Of a DNA stretch of 64,000 nucleotides, positions 61,731-64,000 are shown piece by piece (position 1 is the first letter of the stretch; each line of letters begins with the position of its first letter). A model generated the notes under the pieces. The model made no database searches. It had not been told where the DNA came from and saw only the letters and a list, made by a program, of their open reading frames with translations. The translations under genes and the position numbers were made by a program. Source of the stretch: an uncultured Atribacterota bacterium (GTDB taxonomy: Bacteria > Atribacterota > Phoenicimicrobiia > Phoenicimicrobiales > Stramentimicrobiaceae); NCBI GenBank assembly GCA_964433635.1, contig CAYSSG010000007.1:1609-65608 (forward strand). The letters are read 5' to 3'.

Positions 61731-62051
61731 ATGTTGTTAACGACGCAAGATCAATTTTTTGACTATGAAATTACCCAGACGCTGGGATTAGTCAAGGGGA
61801 ATACCGTGCGCGCCCGCCATCTGGGAAAAGATATCCTGGCCGGTTTCCGAAATGTGATAGGCGGAGAGGTTGATGAATACACCAAATTGCTCGCTGAATC
61901 CCGGGAACAGGCAATTGACCGTATGATTATGATGGCACAGATGATGGGGGCAGACGGCATTGCAAGTATTCGCTTTACGACTTCTTCCATCATGCAGGCG
62001 GCATCGGAGATGTTTGTCTATGGGACTGCTGTTAAACTAAAGAAGAAATAA
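61731..62051 (+). CDS. YbjQ/UPF0145 (DUF74) family protein
   Basis: Family pattern (GLVKGNTVRARHLGKDILAGFRNVIGGEV..YT.LL..SREQAIDRM...A..MGADGI..IRF). RBS GGGAGG. Confidence 0.75.
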   Translation: MLLTTQDQFFDYEITQTLGLVKGNTVRARHLGKDILAGFRNVIGGEVDEYTKLLAESREQAIDRMIMMAQMMGADGIASIRFTTSSIMQAASEMFVYGTAVKLKKK

Positions 62052-62224
62052 ACGTGTTAATCAAAATATAATAGACAAAAGATTTCCTTTATGCCAGAAT
62101 ATACAAGATAGCCAGAGGGACAAGAACAATTTTTAATGCTCAGTACGAAATGAAAAAATCAGTTAACAAAAATTGGAATATGAATCAGAATATAAGATTT
62201 ATAAGCGGCAAGATATAAGATCAT

Positions 62225-63478
62225 ATGAAAAATGAGTCAATGATATTATCAAGGGAAAATAAGAATCATGACAAGGGTTATAATTTAAAAAAAATTCTGA
62301 TTGTCCTGTTTATACCCTATCTGGCCTTAAGTCTAGGACAGACCGGCTTTCTAGGCTTACTTCCCTTCGTCCGCGAAGAGTTTACGCTTACTCGAGTTCA
62401 GGTCGGTTATTATTCTACCTTTATCTTTATCAGCGCTGCCTTGCTGTCTGTTTTTACCGGTAGTATTGTAGATCATCTTGGACCAAAGAAAAGCATGCTG
62501 ATAGGTATCGGATCAATGGGTTTTATCCTGATACTTCATGGATTATCTCCTTCCTATAACTTTCTCCTGTTGATGGCTTTTTTTACAGGCTTGGGTCTCA
62601 GCATTATAACGCCTTCAGCTACAAAAGCTATTATGATGGCAGCTCCCCGGGAAAAGAGAGCATCCTCCATGGGCATTACCCAAACGGGTTATGGTTTTGG
62701 AGGTATCATAGGTGCAAGCCTGTTACCATTCTTAGGAGAAAACCTGGGATGGCGAACTGCTGTTCAGCTGGCTGCAGTCTTTATTCTTTTTACAGGACCT
62801 TTCGTATATCAACTCTATCAGGAACAGAAAGATATCAAAGATGTTATTGATCTGCCTGAAGAACAGAATAATAAACCACAATCATTCAGGGAAAGGCTTT
62901 TAGCCATTTTCAGGCATAAGCCCTTATTCCGGGTATGTTTTCTTGGTATCCTTTTTGGAATTTCAGAGGGTGCAATGCTTGCCCATCTTGTGGTTTTTTT
63001 AACTGAAGATCTGGGTATGAGCAGAGTCATTGCCGGTTTGGGGCTTGCTATCCTGCACTTGGGAGGAATACTTGGGCTGTTAGCCTGGGGTGCTTTTTCA
63101 GATCGATTCTTCAAAGTGGATCGACGATTATGTCTTTTCCTGGTTGGATTTTCTACCGGATTCATGTATCTGCTTTTTGGCCTTTTTTTAAATCATTCCT
63201 CCATCAGTCAAATCATCATTTTCGGCTCAATCTTTCTTTTTGGTTTTTTGGCGCTGGGTTGGAGCGGGGCTTATTTTACAACCGTAGGAGAAGTTGCAAG
63301 CAGAAAACAGGCTGGAATAGCAACTGGATTGTCCCTCGTTTTTATTCGGATTGGGATGCTCATTGCACCGCCCTTATTTGGCTTGATTGCAGATATAAAC
63401 GGTTTTTATAAATTCAGCTGGCTGATATTCGGTTTTGTCATTATCGGTATCTCCACTCTTTTTTTACGAAAAAACTAA
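62225..63478 (+). CDS. MFS transporter
   Basis: 12-TM topology. 417 aa. Confidence 0.8.
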   Translation: MKNESMILSRENKNHDKGYNLKKILIVLFIPYLALSLGQTGFLGLLPFVREEFTLTRVQVGYYSTFIFISAALLSVFTGSIVDHLGPKKSMLIGIGSMGFILILHGLSPSYNFLLLMAFFTGLGLSIITPSATKAIMMAAPREKRASSMGITQTGYGFGGIIGASLLPFLGENLGWRTAVQLAAVFILFTGPFVYQLYQEQKDIKDVIDLPEEQNNKPQSFRERLLAIFRHKPLFRVCFLGILFGISEGAMLAHLVVFLTEDLGMSRVIAGLGLAILHLGGILGLLAWGAFSDRFFKVDRRLCLFLVGFSTGFMYLLFGLFLNHSSISQIIIFGSIFLFGFLALGWSGAYFTTVGEVASRKQAGIATGLSLVFIRIGMLIAPPLFGLIADINGFYKFSWLIFGFVIIGISTLFLRKN

Positions 63479-63587
63479 TGCTTGCCGGAATATAGTTCTC
63501 TGTCCTATACACGGTGTATAAGAAATGATTTCCATCATTGAACATGCTCTGAAGAGGTAATATTATTTTTTTAACGAAGGTAATCTG

Positions 63588-64000
63588 AATGGTGAAGAAA
63601 AAAAGTTTTTATTTTACTTTATTCGTCATCTTATTGCATCTATTTTTCTTACAACTTGATATGGAAATATGTGCTGCAATCTACAGGGTCATCAATCCTC
63701 AGGGAGTCACTGTGCGTGTTTCAACAGAGCCTGTTCTATATCAGGAGGAAGCAGAAGCCGGATGTAAAATTTATCTTCTGAAGCTGGGAAGGAAATTAAC
63801 GGATTTTGGCCTGGATAAAAGATTAAAGGGAATGGTTTTTGGGGACCTTAACGGGAATGGAAGATGGGAAAAAGATGAGCCGGGGATAGCAGGCATCCAG
63901 GTTTCCAATGGATTGGATATTGCTCTGACCGATAACCAAGGATATTTTGAACTTGATAAAGAGGGAATATTTATTTTTTTAACCGTACCAAATGATTATA
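63588..64000 (+). CDS. Secreted protein with N-terminal signal peptide and an SdrD-B/Cna-B-like beta-sandwich domain, likely the N-terminus of a metallophosphoesterase (3'-truncated by the window edge)
   Basis: ATG at 63588. Signal peptide (FYFTLFVILLHLFFLQ) and the motif GMVFGDLNGNGRWEKDEPGIAGIQVSNG...TDNQGYFEL, which typically precedes calcineurin-like phosphoesterase domains. Confidence 0.45.

Overview
This 64-kb window comes from a low-GC bacterium with strong GGAGG-type ribosome-binding sites, which suggests a Firmicutes or anaerobe-like genome. Almost all genes are on the + strand and most are accessory metabolic or transport genes. No rRNA, CRISPR array, transposase, integrase or phage structural gene was recognised.

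Gene content, left to right:
- The 3' end of lon.
- A c-di-GMP-I (GEMM) riboswitch behind a consensus promoter, sitting in a ~600-nt leader ahead of an 892-aa protein of unknown function that has an internal tandem duplication and no signal peptide.
- A small ORF and a B12-binding radical SAM enzyme.
- A separately promoted two-gene module: a DGQHR (DndB-like) domain protein plus a conserved hypothetical partner. This is the best candidate here for an undescribed defence-type system.
- A PatB/MalY C-S lyase, then a convergent TetR-MMPL(RND) pair on the minus strand.
- A secreted alpha/beta hydrolase, a TipAS-like protein, and a perR-katG oxidative-stress unit with a sigma-70 promoter and Per box.
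- tRNA-Ala(CGC), followed by a cluster of cofactor-type enzymes (URO-D/MtaA-family methyltransferase, a GNAT fusion protein, a non-TAT reductive-dehalogenase/QueG-superfamily protein).
- A YheO-RidA-tryptophanase/TPL-TRAP-racemase-like locus ending in a second tryptophanase/TPL paralogue, consistent with aromatic amino acid catabolism.
- A P-loop kinase and metallophosphoesterase pair.
- Two paralogous Fbp-type ABC importers flanking an iron-sulfur flavoprotein and a Cys-rich DUF3795 protein.
- A 2-hydroxyacid dehydrogenase, a GNAT (minus strand), an aldo-keto reductase, and an amidohydrolase with a second TRAP system.
- A YgjP/DUF45-like metallopeptidase, then a short QueG-like Fe-S protein whose stop overlaps a DUF488 gene.
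- A Liv-type ABC importer coupled to a formamidase/acetamidase.
- Two MFS transporters flanking a YbjQ-family gene, then a partial secreted protein at the 3' edge.

Several rho-independent terminators sit directly after substrate-binding-protein genes.
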